The notes: a model not told the origin generated them from the sequence alone. A stretch of DNA of 20,000 bases from an uncultured virus (IMG/VR IMGVR_UViG_3300046822_000192) (IMGVR_UViG_3300046822_000192); one strand, 5' to 3'; shown: positions 6,636 through 15,709, counted from the stretch's first letter. Numbers and translations are program-made.

Positions 6636-8351
6636 TTGCTATATACTCCTCCTCCACCGGACTTTGGCGCACCGGCTAGATTTTCGAGCTGGCGTGACGG
6701 TCAAGATTCATTATTTTGGGATGTACTGGACTGCGATAAGCGCTTCAGTATACATAACGCGCCAGTAGGTTGCGGTAAAAGCTTGGCCTATATGACGGCT
6801 GCGCTTGCAACTGGCGGGCGTGTGATTGTATTGACTGAGTCCAAAGGTCTCCAGGATCAGATTGTCAAAGATTTCGGCGGTGTAGGTTTGTTCGATATGC
6901 GCGGTCTCAGCAACTATACATGTCGCGCACTAGCGAAGGGCGGTCATCTTGAAGCGCTCTGGAGTAAGTTCTGGGGAGAACCTTCCTGCAAGACAGGGCC
7001 GTGTATGGCTGGGGTGCGCTGCGATTTGAAAGATAGTGGGTGCGATTACTTCGATACGGTTAGAGCTGCCCGCAAAGCACAATTGGTAAGCACGAATTAC
7101 GCCTACTGGATAGCTATCAATAAATACAGCGATGGACTTGGTGCGTTTAATTGGCTCATACTTGATGAGTGTCATGCTGCGGATAGCCAGCTGTCTTCGG
7201 CACTCTCTGTGGAGTTTACCGCAAAAGATATCAAGGAGCTTAAATCCAAGCCTCCGAAGCCGACAGAGCCTCTCCAGAGCTGGCGTATGTGGGCGCGTGT
7301 GCAGCTCGATCGTGTACGCGGCAAGATAGAGTTTTTCTCTAAAGGTGCCCAATTAGGTACTGTAGCCGAAGGTGCTGCGATGTTCGTTACAGACACCGAT
7401 ATTCCAGATGCTTCAGAATTGAAAACGTGGAAGGATCTAGAGGGTAAATGTTCAACGCTGTCCGAGGCGTCTAATGATTGGGTTATCCAGCAGGAAGAGC
7501 ATTCCGATACGGTTCGTATTGCGCCGGTATGGGTACGTCAATATGCCGAATCGCATCTATTTCTGGGTATTAAGCGTGTCGTGATGATGAGTGCGACAGT
7601 GCGCCCGAAGATCAAGGATCTTCTGGATATACAGGATGAAAATGCAGAATTCTATGAGTATCCATCGACGTTTCCACCGGAGCGGCGACCGATCATCTGG
7701 GTACCTACGGTAGCATTGCGGCACGGTTCCGAACCGAATGACCTTCGTACATGGTGTGTACGTATCGATCAATTGCTACAGCGTAGACTGGATCGCAAAG
7801 GAATTATTCATACTGTCTCATATGAAAGGCAGCGTTATCTAATCGAGAATTCCAGGTTCAGTCATTTAATGATGGCAAATACGCCCGGAAACACGAGAGC
7901 TGTGGTACAATCTTTCCGCGATGCATCAGCTCCGGCTATTCTTGTTAGCCCTTCCGTTGGCACTGGTTTCGATTTTCCTTTTGATTTGGCTCGTTACCAG
8001 ATTATTGGGAAGGTTCCTTTCCGTGATGCGAGGGGAGAAATTCTCAAAGTTCAGTCGCAAGAAGACCCTCATTACCTGAGTTATCTTACTGCACAGGACT
8101 TGATACAGATGTATGGCAGGCCGAATCGAGATCCAAAAGATTTCTCGGAGACTATTATAGTCGATGACAATATCGAATGGTTCTTGAGGCAATATGCCGG
8201 TTGCTCGTACGACAAGCCTAAAGGGAAGTTTAGGCTTGAGCATTTCAGAAGTGGGCAGGACTGTTTCTTTCCAGAGTACTTTCTGGAAGCATTCGAACGT
8301 GTGGATGGAGTCCCGGACCCACCAGCATTGGAGGCGGTAGCACACGCATGA
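6636..8351 (+). CDS. DinG/Rad3(XPD)-family SF2 DNA helicase
   Basis: Q-motif WRDGQ, Walker A APVGCGKS, Cys cluster after RGLSNYTC, ILDECH, MSAT, GFDF, IIGKVPF, QMYGRPNR. Confidence 0.92.
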   Translation: MLYTPPPPDFGAPARFSSWRDGQDSLFWDVLDCDKRFSIHNAPVGCGKSLAYMTAALATGGRVIVLTESKGLQDQIVKDFGGVGLFDMRGLSNYTCRALAKGGHLEALWSKFWGEPSCKTGPCMAGVRCDLKDSGCDYFDTVRAARKAQLVSTNYAYWIAINKYSDGLGAFNWLILDECHAADSQLSSALSVEFTAKDIKELKSKPPKPTEPLQSWRMWARVQLDRVRGKIEFFSKGAQLGTVAEGAAMFVTDTDIPDASELKTWKDLEGKCSTLSEASNDWVIQQEEHSDTVRIAPVWVRQYAESHLFLGIKRVVMMSATVRPKIKDLLDIQDENAEFYEYPSTFPPERRPIIWVPTVALRHGSEPNDLRTWCVRIDQLLQRRLDRKGIIHTVSYERQRYLIENSRFSHLMMANTPGNTRAVVQSFRDASAPAILVSPSVGTGFDFPFDLARYQIIGKVPFRDARGEILKVQSQEDPHYLSYLTAQDLIQMYGRPNRDPKDFSETIIVDDNIEWFLRQYAGCSYDKPKGKFRLEHFRSGQDCFFPEYFLEAFERVDGVPDPPALEAVAHA

Positions 8352-8632
8352 TAGATCCGTTAGTATGTTCTCAGTGCGCCACCGAGTATCCGCGACCGTC
8401 CAGTTTATCTACTTCGACATTTGCACAATGTCCGTTTGTTTGTGAAAATTGTCGTTGCAAACGCTGTTCGGTTGTGTTAAATATAGAGTGCGCTTGCGGG
8501 ATAGTGCACGGAAAACGTAGCACGATAGATTCCGCGCTCTGCGAAAGTTGTGAAGGTAAGATTGCAGAGTTAATCGAGGAAGAGCCGATATATGGCTTTC
8601 AAATTTCAACAATTACACAAGGAGTAAATTAA
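8348..8632 (+). CDS. Cys-rich zinc-finger protein
   Basis: CSQC, CPFVCENCRCKRC, CACGIVH, CESC; ATGA overlap. Confidence 0.7.
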   Translation: MIDPLVCSQCATEYPRPSSLSTSTFAQCPFVCENCRCKRCSVVLNIECACGIVHGKRSTIDSALCESCEGKIAELIEEEPIYGFQISTITQGVN

Positions 8633-8639
8633 CCAGACC

Positions 8640-9623
8640 ATGTCAAAAGTTCAACCATCAGCAAGACCTGGAGCACGTCGTCCAGGCGCACCAGCTCCCG
8701 CAGCCGCAGCCGCTGCCGGAAGCTCTTTTAAGCAGTCTCCTGAAGAGATTGCCGCATTGCGAGCACTCCCCGAGTCGGGAGACGGTGTCGAATTCGACCT
8801 CGATCCTTCGCAAGCGTCTGCTGGCTTTCTCAACGATGAGACGGTTCAGATTCTCGCAGCAAAGTTCGTGACGCGCAACTGGAAGCGTAAGGACGGTACA
8901 ATCCCGGAAGGTTCAACACCGGATATCGCTCTTGAAGTTTCCTATCGCCGTGCCGGTGACGGTCCCGATGATCGTCCGTTCCGTGAACAGTACAAGTATG
9001 GTAATTATGCCTACCATCTGCCGTCAGTGGATGGTAACAAGGTGAGTGTGCGGGCTTCTGCTCTCAAGCCGGGTCAGAATCCTCCGCAGCCGCGCAAGAC
9101 CGATCCTGGTGTTCTGTTCCTGAGTTCCATCAAGAATGCCGGTGGTTCCAATATCATCGCAGCTTTCCGTAAGGATGGCGCGAAAGCTCTTGCCGGTCTC
9201 ACGGTTCAGGTTCGTCGTCAACGTGTTGAGGGGATGAGCGAGAAGGCGAAGGATGTCCTTCTTGTTGATTTTATTAGCGGTGTGGCGACTCCGGCCCCTA
9301 GTGCTCCTGCACCAGCGGCAGCCCCGTCACCGGCAGTTCCAACAGCCGCAGCACCTGTAACGGTAGCGGCTCCGGCAGCAGCAACTCCAGCCGTATCTGG
9401 TGTGAATGCTCTTGCTGAGGAAGCGTTGCTGGACATTCTCAGTGCAGCTACGAACGGCACAATTTCGCGTTCGCAGATTGCAACAACGCTGATCCGTATC
9501 GAGAAGTGGAAAGCCCACGCCGATCGCGGTGCAATTCTCAAGGCGCTTCGAGACGATGCGTTCTTCGGTAGTCAGGATGGCGTTCTCTGGACGCTCGCTG
9601 GCAACGATGTAACGAAGCTGTAA
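8640..9623 (+). CDS. Ala/Pro-linker protein, possibly single-stranded DNA-binding protein
   Basis: SD AAGGAG upstream; beta-rich core flanked by Ala/Pro linkers plus a C-terminal helical domain; SSB role inferred only from position in the replication block. Confidence 0.55.
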   Translation: MSKVQPSARPGARRPGAPAPAAAAAAGSSFKQSPEEIAALRALPESGDGVEFDLDPSQASAGFLNDETVQILAAKFVTRNWKRKDGTIPEGSTPDIALEVSYRRAGDGPDDRPFREQYKYGNYAYHLPSVDGNKVSVRASALKPGQNPPQPRKTDPGVLFLSSIKNAGGSNIIAAFRKDGAKALAGLTVQVRRQRVEGMSEKAKDVLLVDFISGVATPAPSAPAPAAAPSPAVPTAAAPVTVAAPAAATPAVSGVNALAEEALLDILSAATNGTISRSQIATTLIRIEKWKAHADRGAILKALRDDAFFGSQDGVLWTLAGNDVTKL

Positions 9624-9650
9624 TTCGTTTCATTTCTGTATTCTGTTCGA

Positions 9651-9692
9651 TAACGGCAGGGTTTGTTACATCAAGCTCTGCCGTTAATTTTT
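9651..9692 (+). terminator. probable intrinsic terminator
   Basis: TAACGGCAGGGTTTG-TTACAT-CAAGCTCTGCCGTTA followed by ATTTTT. Confidence 0.7.
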
Positions 9693-9714
9693 GGGATTTA
9701 TATACTTTATTCTC

Positions 9715-9743
9715 TTGACTAGTGCGAGGGAGTAAAGTACTAT
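9715..9743 (+). promoter_or_regulatory. sigma70-like promoter
   Basis: TTGACT-17 nt-TACTAT, AT-rich upstream; GGAGG SD downstream. Confidence 0.8.
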
Positions 9744-9765
9744 TGTGGTCATGGAGGCGACGAAA

Positions 9766-9990
9766 ATGACAGAAACAAAGTACGCGATTCGAGGCTACTG
9801 CGGCGATACGGACGGTGGGTATGATGACGAGTCCTGCGCCGACACGTTGAAGGAAGCGAAACAACGCGCACGAAACATGATGAGCGAAGAACACATGCGC
9901 GTTGTGGAGTCCACGGTACCTGTGATCTACGTGGAAGTGGTCAACATGGAAATCGGTGAAGTCGTGGCCGACTTCGGGACGCGAATCTAA
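9766..9990 (+). CDS. small acidic hypothetical protein (74 aa)
   Basis: ATG 9766 after GGAGG; MTETKYAIRGY...ADTLKEAKQRA. Confidence 0.8.
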   Translation: MTETKYAIRGYCGDTDGGYDDESCADTLKEAKQRARNMMSEEHMRVVESTVPVIYVEVVNMEIGEVVADFGTRI

Positions 9991-10244
9991 TGGGATTCGA
10001 GGAAACAATGGAAGAGTCTAGTAGCCAAACCAGTCCGAAGCATATCCTGTACGCATTTATTCGTATATCTGCGTGCGGCTGTGCGACTGCAATGTGTGTT
10101 GATTTCCACGATCAAAATACGCTACAGACTGTTTTAGAGTATGCTCGCGAAGGTTCTGTGCGACGAGTTCCGATCGAGGAAGCCAGAAAAGTAGTCGGTC
10201 CTTGCAGGTGCGACGACCCATACAATGCTACCGTGAAAGACTAG
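9990..10244 (+). CDS. hypothetical protein (84 aa)
   Basis: TAATG coupling; CGC...C...CRC cysteines. Confidence 0.7.
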   Translation: MGFEETMEESSSQTSPKHILYAFIRISACGCATAMCVDFHDQNTLQTVLEYAREGSVRRVPIEEARKVVGPCRCDDPYNATVKD

Positions 10245-10305
10245 AAAACACCACACTACAGTTGATAGGGTGCCGTGGGTGACTGCTATTCACCCGAGCA
10301 CTTAG

Positions 10306-10338
10306 AAAGGGCCGAACCTTAATGGGTTCGGCCCTTTT
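10306..10338 (+). terminator. intrinsic terminator, possibly bidirectional
   Basis: AAAGGGCCGAACC-TTAATG-GGTTCGGCCCTTTT. Confidence 0.9.
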
Positions 10339-10422
10339 GCTGGTGAGTGTAAATTATACACTGAGCCTGCCTGTCATAATGCACTTTTCAATACAATATG
10401 ACCTAAACCTGTGTTAATATCC

Positions 10423-10452
10423 TTGACGCCGCATATGAAATTGTGCTAAGCC
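10423..10452 (+). promoter_or_regulatory. possible promoter for the recombination operon
   Basis: TTGACG, then TGTGC-TAAGCC (weak -10), then SD GAGG before TTG 10468. Confidence 0.45.
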
Positions 10453-10467
10453 GAGAGGATTGGGTCG

Positions 10468-11235
10468 TTGGAGATTACTGAAGAAGTTGTACAGATTGAA
10501 TCGAACTGGTTCTCGTCGGAGCGCGATGTCACACGTACAGACGGTATCCATCTTTCGCACGTCATAGACTACATCGAATATACCAGGAAACAGCGGGATT
10601 CCTTTGGTGGAAAGATTTCTCAGATCGGTAACAACTACGCCGTTGCTGGGTTTTCCTGGGAACGTGTGCTCTCCAATATAGCTGAAAGTAATCCAATCGA
10701 GCTGTGGGATTGGATGTTTGGACGGGCACTCACTGAGCCTGTCAATCCTTTGATTATCCGTCCCGGTGAGCAGTGTCTTGATGCCGGAGAATGTCCACGC
10801 TGTAACGGTACAGGTTACACTCCAAATGAAAACGGTGAGGCTTTTATTCACCCAGATGGCGCAAAACCGGACTGTCTCGGATGCGGTGGATGCGGTCGAG
10901 TCTTAGTCTACATGACTCCGGACGGCTACCACATTGATGATCTAGTCCTGGAAGAATGGAAGCATACTTCAAAGAGTGCCAGAAGTCCCATCGACGGTCC
11001 GAAGTTCAGCCGGTGGTTAAATTTTCAAATTCCTGTCTATCTTAAAGCATTAGGGCTTGACACGTGCAGACTTTGCGTGTATTTTAGTCGTGGTGATTAC
11101 ACAACCGGCCAGCCTATTTTCAAGAAATTTACGCTAACTTACACGCATCAAGAGATTGATGAAGTATGGGAGATGATTGCGCGTGAGGCATGCGAAATGG
11201 TTAGGCTTGGGTTGGTTGATAAGAAAGGACATTAA
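10468..11235 (+). CDS. PD-(D/E)XK nuclease (phage exonuclease-like) with inserted DnaJ-type zinc finger
   Basis: GIHLS...GFSWE...MTPDG...LEEWK...QIPVY; insert CPRCNGTG...CLGCGGCG. Confidence 0.8.
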   Translation: MEITEEVVQIESNWFSSERDVTRTDGIHLSHVIDYIEYTRKQRDSFGGKISQIGNNYAVAGFSWERVLSNIAESNPIELWDWMFGRALTEPVNPLIIRPGEQCLDAGECPRCNGTGYTPNENGEAFIHPDGAKPDCLGCGGCGRVLVYMTPDGYHIDDLVLEEWKHTSKSARSPIDGPKFSRWLNFQIPVYLKALGLDTCRLCVYFSRGDYTTGQPIFKKFTLTYTHQEIDEVWEMIAREACEMVRLGLVDKKGH

Positions 11236-11699
11236 TGGCTGATTACATTCCGAATGACGAAGCTGCTGCGATTGCAGAGAATCTGATCGAAAAATTCCAT
11301 CCGAGATTGATCGGATTGAAGATTGCGCACCTGTTGCGTATCATGCCGGTCCCGAAAAAGAGCAAGACGCCGAAACCGCAGCGTGTTGGGAAGAAGGTTG
11401 TCCTGGCAAAAGCGTCCAAGGTCTCGTCTAAGACAGCGGCTCTTGCGGCAGAGGATTTCAAGTTTGTTATCGAGTACGGTTCGCTGTACTGGGATAAGAT
11501 GGAAGACAAGGACAAGATAGCTCTTGTCGATCACGAACTATGTCATTGCGGTAACGACGCAGACGGTACTTACACTCTCCCGCACACTCTTGAAGAGTTC
11601 AAGGAGATCATTGACCGTTACGGATTCTGGAAAGATGACATCAAACAGTTTGCTGAAGCGATTGAAGGTGTCTACCACAAAGTTCGGGTGACGGCATAA
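11235..11699 (+). CDS. putative phage metallopeptidase (HExxH)
   Basis: ALVDHELCHC and HTLEEFKEIIDRYGFW. Confidence 0.85.
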   Translation: MADYIPNDEAAAIAENLIEKFHPRLIGLKIAHLLRIMPVPKKSKTPKPQRVGKKVVLAKASKVSSKTAALAAEDFKFVIEYGSLYWDKMEDKDKIALVDHELCHCGNDADGTYTLPHTLEEFKEIIDRYGFWKDDIKQFAEAIEGVYHKVRVTA

Positions 11700-12013
11700 T
11701 GCTGGATCGTTTTATGGCATTTGTCCTATTGGTTATTGTATTTATTGCAATAAGACATGTTGTGAATATTATTGTTGCGACGTGGGTTGCGGAGAAAGCC
11801 AAGAAGGCCCCTGTCAAGATCCGGCAGGTTTCTATATTAACTACCGGGCCTGATCAAAAGGATAGAATTACAGACTACATGGATGTAGTAGCCTATGCGC
11901 ACACTCCGGATGATATGTTCACTCTATTGCATAATGATGGAGTTATGACAATGATACCCTTTCGTGAAATACGGTCCATTGAAAGTCGAGTTGAAGGAGA
12001 ACAAAAGTCTTGA
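11699..12013 (+). CDS. membrane-anchored hypothetical protein
   Basis: Hydrophobic N-terminal helix; TAATG coupling. Confidence 0.75.
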   Translation: MLDRFMAFVLLVIVFIAIRHVVNIIVATWVAEKAKKAPVKIRQVSILTTGPDQKDRITDYMDVVAYAHTPDDMFTLLHNDGVMTMIPFREIRSIESRVEGEQKS

Positions 12014-12870
12014 ATACCGCAGAGTTATCCGCAGCCGGGTTTGCTCCAATCCGGCGCAGCAACAAACGATTGGTTGCTAATATTCAGAGTATTCGTAAAT
12101 CAGTTGGCAAGACACGGCTGGCTTTGACGGCCAAGAAACCGCTCGGCTATATCTCCGTTGAAATTGGCGGCGAGGAAGGCGTAGCTGACGACTTCATCAA
12201 GGATGGCATGGACGAGAATCCTGAAATTCAGATTGTCCGTATTCGTATGGACGATCCGGTATATCCGGACCCAGCTGCATACGGCACTGACGAGCGTGGC
12301 ATCAAACAGTATGATGAAGCAATGGCGCTCGCAATGCAGAATGCTGCCGCTCCTGCGATGGATGCGTTCTATGCAGCTTATTATTTCTCTATCAAGAATA
12401 TGCGTACGACCGTTGTTGATACCGGCACCGATCTCTACGCACTTGCCCGGATGGCAGACTTCGGACGGCTGGAGAAGATTCCGCAACTGGCTTATACACA
12501 AGTCAAGCGTGCATTTGCAAAGATGCTTGATGATGCCTACAGTCAGCCTGGAAACTGTCTCTGGCTGCATCACATGAAAGATCGCGGCGAGACCGTTGAA
12601 GAGAAGGGCAAGAAGAAATGGCAAGCCAGCGGCGTGTATGACATGGATGGGTGCAGTGTTGTCACGGACAAAGTTCAAGCTGTTATTGAGCTGTGGCGTG
12701 ATGATCTTACCGAAGTCAATACTAACGGTCTCATGGTTGATTTTCATGCCACGATCGTAGATAGTCGGCATTCATCAATGGCTATGGGCCAGAAGTTCAA
12801 GAATGACGATATAACATTCGCGGATATAGCTATGACTATCGCGGGTGGTAATCGATCGGATTGGGAGTAA
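12010..12870 (+). CDS. AAA_24/Sak4-like P-loop ATPase (putative ssDNA-annealing recombinase)
   Basis: Variant Walker A SIRKSVGKT and Walker B TVVDTGT; located near an exonuclease. Confidence 0.75.
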   Translation: MNTAELSAAGFAPIRRSNKRLVANIQSIRKSVGKTRLALTAKKPLGYISVEIGGEEGVADDFIKDGMDENPEIQIVRIRMDDPVYPDPAAYGTDERGIKQYDEAMALAMQNAAAPAMDAFYAAYYFSIKNMRTTVVDTGTDLYALARMADFGRLEKIPQLAYTQVKRAFAKMLDDAYSQPGNCLWLHHMKDRGETVEEKGKKKWQASGVYDMDGCSVVTDKVQAVIELWRDDLTEVNTNGLMVDFHATIVDSRHSSMAMGQKFKNDDITFADIAMTIAGGNRSDWE

Positions 12871-12872
12871 GT

Positions 12873-13193
12873 ATGGATGATCGGAGTAATCAGACTACCG
12901 TGTTCATGTCAAATGAGACGCTAGGCCGGTATCTGCAGCAGCTGCGCGAGAATCTATGTATGACGCGGCGTGAAGTGGCGTCCAGGTATGGGACATCCAC
13001 GCGGTTAATTGCCGCGCTGGAGACGGCCAAATCGCGTACATCTAGAAAAGAGCGCCGGACGTTCAAAGGCGTATATATTGAATTTCTAGGCTATGTGCGC
13101 AGGATTCGCAGAAACGATTACGTGCACCGGGATTTCAATCTTCGTGGTGCTCAAGAGAGGTTACTTGAATTTTACAACGCAGGGAGACTTTAA
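12873..13193 (+). CDS. XRE-family HTH protein
   Basis: LGRYLQQLRENLCMTRREVASRYGTSTRLIAALE; SD GGAG upstream. Confidence 0.8.
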   Translation: MDDRSNQTTVFMSNETLGRYLQQLRENLCMTRREVASRYGTSTRLIAALETAKSRTSRKERRTFKGVYIEFLGYVRRIRRNDYVHRDFNLRGAQERLLEFYNAGRL

Positions 13194-13547
13194 ATGACTA
13201 CGCGATATCGCGGCCAGAAGATCACAGCGCGTCAAAAGTTTAAGATTGGCGATCGTGTCAAGAATACTATTAGCAACGAGTATTTTACGGTACTCGGGTT
13301 CTATCGCGGCAGTGTGTTTTCGGTAAAGGTGAGACGGGAAACATCCGGTGTCGTATCGCGGGCATCTAGCATACTTCTGGACCGTGCTGTACAGCCGGAA
13401 TTGGAAGCTTATATCGATATCGATTGGGACGGTATTACTAGCGCTACCCGGCCCGCTAAATTGAATTGGTTTAGGCGTACCGCTGAGTATGTCCGTAATA
13501 GGTTTATGACGCTTCTGGATTATATCGGTCGATCACCCGTTTCCTAA
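13194..13547 (+). CDS. hypothetical protein with SH3/KOW-like N-terminus
   Basis: KFKIGDRVK beta-barrel-type start; abuts neighbouring genes. Confidence 0.7.
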   Translation: MTTRYRGQKITARQKFKIGDRVKNTISNEYFTVLGFYRGSVFSVKVRRETSGVVSRASSILLDRAVQPELEAYIDIDWDGITSATRPAKLNWFRRTAEYVRNRFMTLLDYIGRSPVS

Positions 13548-14200
13548 TGCTGAAATTTGTTGCAGTCTCAGATACGCACGGGCATCAGCCGGTTTTACCC
13601 AGCGGGGATGTTCTTATCCACGCCGGAGACGGCTGCATATCCGCAGGTACTGAAACTGAGTTTCACGATTTCTTGACGTGGTTCGGCTCTCAGCCGCATC
13701 CGAATAAGATTTTTGTTCCCGGCAATCACGACCGGTGGGTATATGACTATTTAGGGCATGCCAAACAAGCTTGTGATAGGCATAGCATTGATATGCTGAT
13801 TGATGAGCATACACGAATCGGCGGTGTAAAGATTTTTGGCAGTCCATGGACATCGCTATACGGCAAGACTGCCGGTTTTATGTATCCGCGTGCAGATGAC
13901 GACTGTGTCTGGCAGGCAATACATGGTGAGGCTGTAAAACATCAACCTGATATTTTGGTGACACATACTCCACCGGCTTGCATCCTGGATAGTTTCAAAG
14001 GACTACCTGTTGGATCTCCAGGATGTTTGAAACTTGTTACTGCACTGGTTCCGAAATATCATATTTTCGGTCACGTTCACGAAAATAACGGCATTCGGAT
14101 ACGGAAGTTCAAACGCGGCATAACATATTTTGTGAATGTCGCGCATTGCGATAATAAGAGAGATCCTGGGACTGCGCCGATTTACACTTTCTTTCTGTAG
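13547..14200 (+). CDS. calcineurin-like metallophosphoesterase
   Basis: SDTHG, HAGD, PGNHD, THTPP, FGHVHE. Confidence 0.93.
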   Translation: MLKFVAVSDTHGHQPVLPSGDVLIHAGDGCISAGTETEFHDFLTWFGSQPHPNKIFVPGNHDRWVYDYLGHAKQACDRHSIDMLIDEHTRIGGVKIFGSPWTSLYGKTAGFMYPRADDDCVWQAIHGEAVKHQPDILVTHTPPACILDSFKGLPVGSPGCLKLVTALVPKYHIFGHVHENNGIRIRKFKRGITYFVNVAHCDNKRDPGTAPIYTFFL

Positions 14201-14211
14201 GAGTTGTCTGA

Positions 14212-15072
14212 TTGCACTTGTATATAGATCCGAGGGCGGGGTCCGATAAGCTTCTGCAAGAGTTCGAAGGTGAATGCGAGTCCATGATGCTAGATGCCGG
14301 GGATGTAGCCTTCTGGGGCAACGGTCCTGACGACGAGCCGTGGTTCATCGGTATTGAATACAAACAAGTCAGCGATCTTGTCGATTGTATCAAGAGCGGT
14401 AGATTCGCCGGTACGCAGCTGCCGGAAATGGTAAAACTATACAATGTATGTATTTTGCTCGTGGAAGGGCCTGCAGTGCCTGATTTCGGAAGACCTATCG
14501 CTGATTCATTCCGGCTGTGGAGACCGTTCGGCGGCGGGCGCGGTGTACAGTATGGTATCTCTTATCAGGCTTATGACAACTTCCAGACATCGGTAGCTAT
14601 GACTGCGTTTTTGGCTGGGAAGCTGTTTATCGTAAAGCATTCCAGGGAGAAAAACGAGACCAAGCAGATTATCAAGGATCTATTTAAGCTCTATCAGAAG
14701 CCGTTCCACGAGCACACAACGCTAAGTACGATAGACTTAACTAAGGCTATGCGTGCACACAATCAGTTGAGTCTCCTGCGTGTCGAGCCTGATGACCTGG
14801 ATTATCCCAAGTTGGTGCTGCAGAAATCTCTATTCCAGATTAAGGGAATTGGATGGGAATTAGCTGGTGTTTTAGCGGAGAAGTTTGGTACTATCGAGGT
14901 CGCATTGCAGATTTCGCAACGTGCGTGGGAAGAACTGGACCGTATCGGAAAGGGTCTAGCCAAGCGCGTTTTTACAACCCTTCACGGGTATGAAGATCCA
15001 AATTACAAACGTAAGAAAGGAAAATCTAATGAAGCTAAATCTGACGTACCAACTGGGGCCGAGAGCGGCTAG
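14212..15072 (+). CDS. ERCC4-domain (XPF/Mus81/Hef-like) nuclease with tandem HhH
   Basis: IDPR...AGD...IEYKQVSD...SGRF..TQ...LLVEG; HhH IKGIGWELA and LDRIGKGLA; SD AGGAG before TTG. Confidence 0.88.
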   Translation: MHLYIDPRAGSDKLLQEFEGECESMMLDAGDVAFWGNGPDDEPWFIGIEYKQVSDLVDCIKSGRFAGTQLPEMVKLYNVCILLVEGPAVPDFGRPIADSFRLWRPFGGGRGVQYGISYQAYDNFQTSVAMTAFLAGKLFIVKHSREKNETKQIIKDLFKLYQKPFHEHTTLSTIDLTKAMRAHNQLSLLRVEPDDLDYPKLVLQKSLFQIKGIGWELAGVLAEKFGTIEVALQISQRAWEELDRIGKGLAKRVFTTLHGYEDPNYKRKKGKSNEAKSDVPTGAESG

Positions 15073-15709
15073 ATTCGCATTATGGACACTTGTGGTCGAG
15101 CTAGGTGTTATTTTTCTAGCATACATTCTTCTATCCATTCCCGCACCACCGCTTGAATCTGATACAAAAGTCATGCAGCGGCATATTGCCTATCTGGAGA
15201 ATCGGCAGGAGACGCTGGATCTCGCCATCGAATTCGGATTTGATCCGGTTATTGTCGATGTTACTCGTGAGCTGGCGCACAATACATTCCGTGACGAGTA
15301 TGCCAAGCGCAAGAAACTCACATGGCGCTTTATCAAGACAGAGCATGAGTTGACTTACATGATCCTCAGTTTGATTCAAACGGAGTCCCATGGCGATCCT
15401 AGGGCAATTAATGTGCCCAATGGCCCGTCGTCCGGTATCGGTCTGACTCAACTTATCCTGTCTACAGCCCGGCTGTATGACCGCAGTGTGAATCAGCAGG
15501 AATTACAAACAATTCCGGTGCACTTGAAAATTGCTGTGCATTACTTTGTGGATCTTCTGGAGAAGTACAACGGAAATTATACGCTGGCGGTGCTGGCCTG
15601 GAATCGCGGTCCTGGAACTGTGGATCGGGTGATTGCTCTCGGCAATTCACCGGAAAATGGATATGCGAGAGCTGTGTTCGAGCAGGCTGCAGTGAGAAAT
15701 TCGAAATGA
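15029..15709 (+). CDS. lytic transglycosylase (SLT domain) with N-terminal transmembrane helix
   Basis: IQTES (catalytic Glu), GIGLTQL, AVLAWNRGPG; TM FALWTLVVELGVIFLAYILLSI. Confidence 0.9.
   Translation: MKLNLTYQLGPRAARFALWTLVVELGVIFLAYILLSIPAPPLESDTKVMQRHIAYLENRQETLDLAIEFGFDPVIVDVTRELAHNTFRDEYAKRKKLTWRFIKTEHELTYMILSLIQTESHGDPRAINVPNGPSSGIGLTQLILSTARLYDRSVNQQELQTIPVHLKIAVHYFVDLLEKYNGNYTLAVLAWNRGPGTVDRVIALGNSPENGYARAVFEQAAVRNSK

Noticed and set aside
9285..9395. Repetitive GC-rich tract
   Set aside because: Explained by an Ala/Pro linker with varied codons; not a DNA tandem repeat
6636..11235. Type IV CRISPR or Cas4 system (DinG plus PD-(D/E)XK nuclease)
   Set aside because: No repeat-spacer array or cas5/6/7 genes are visible, and the nuclease lacks the C-terminal Cas4 Fe-S cysteines
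12100..12771. Long antisense ORFs (this one, 6930-7352, 7926-8345, 17752-18165 and others)
   Set aside because: They lie opposite genes with clear family motifs and have no motifs of their own
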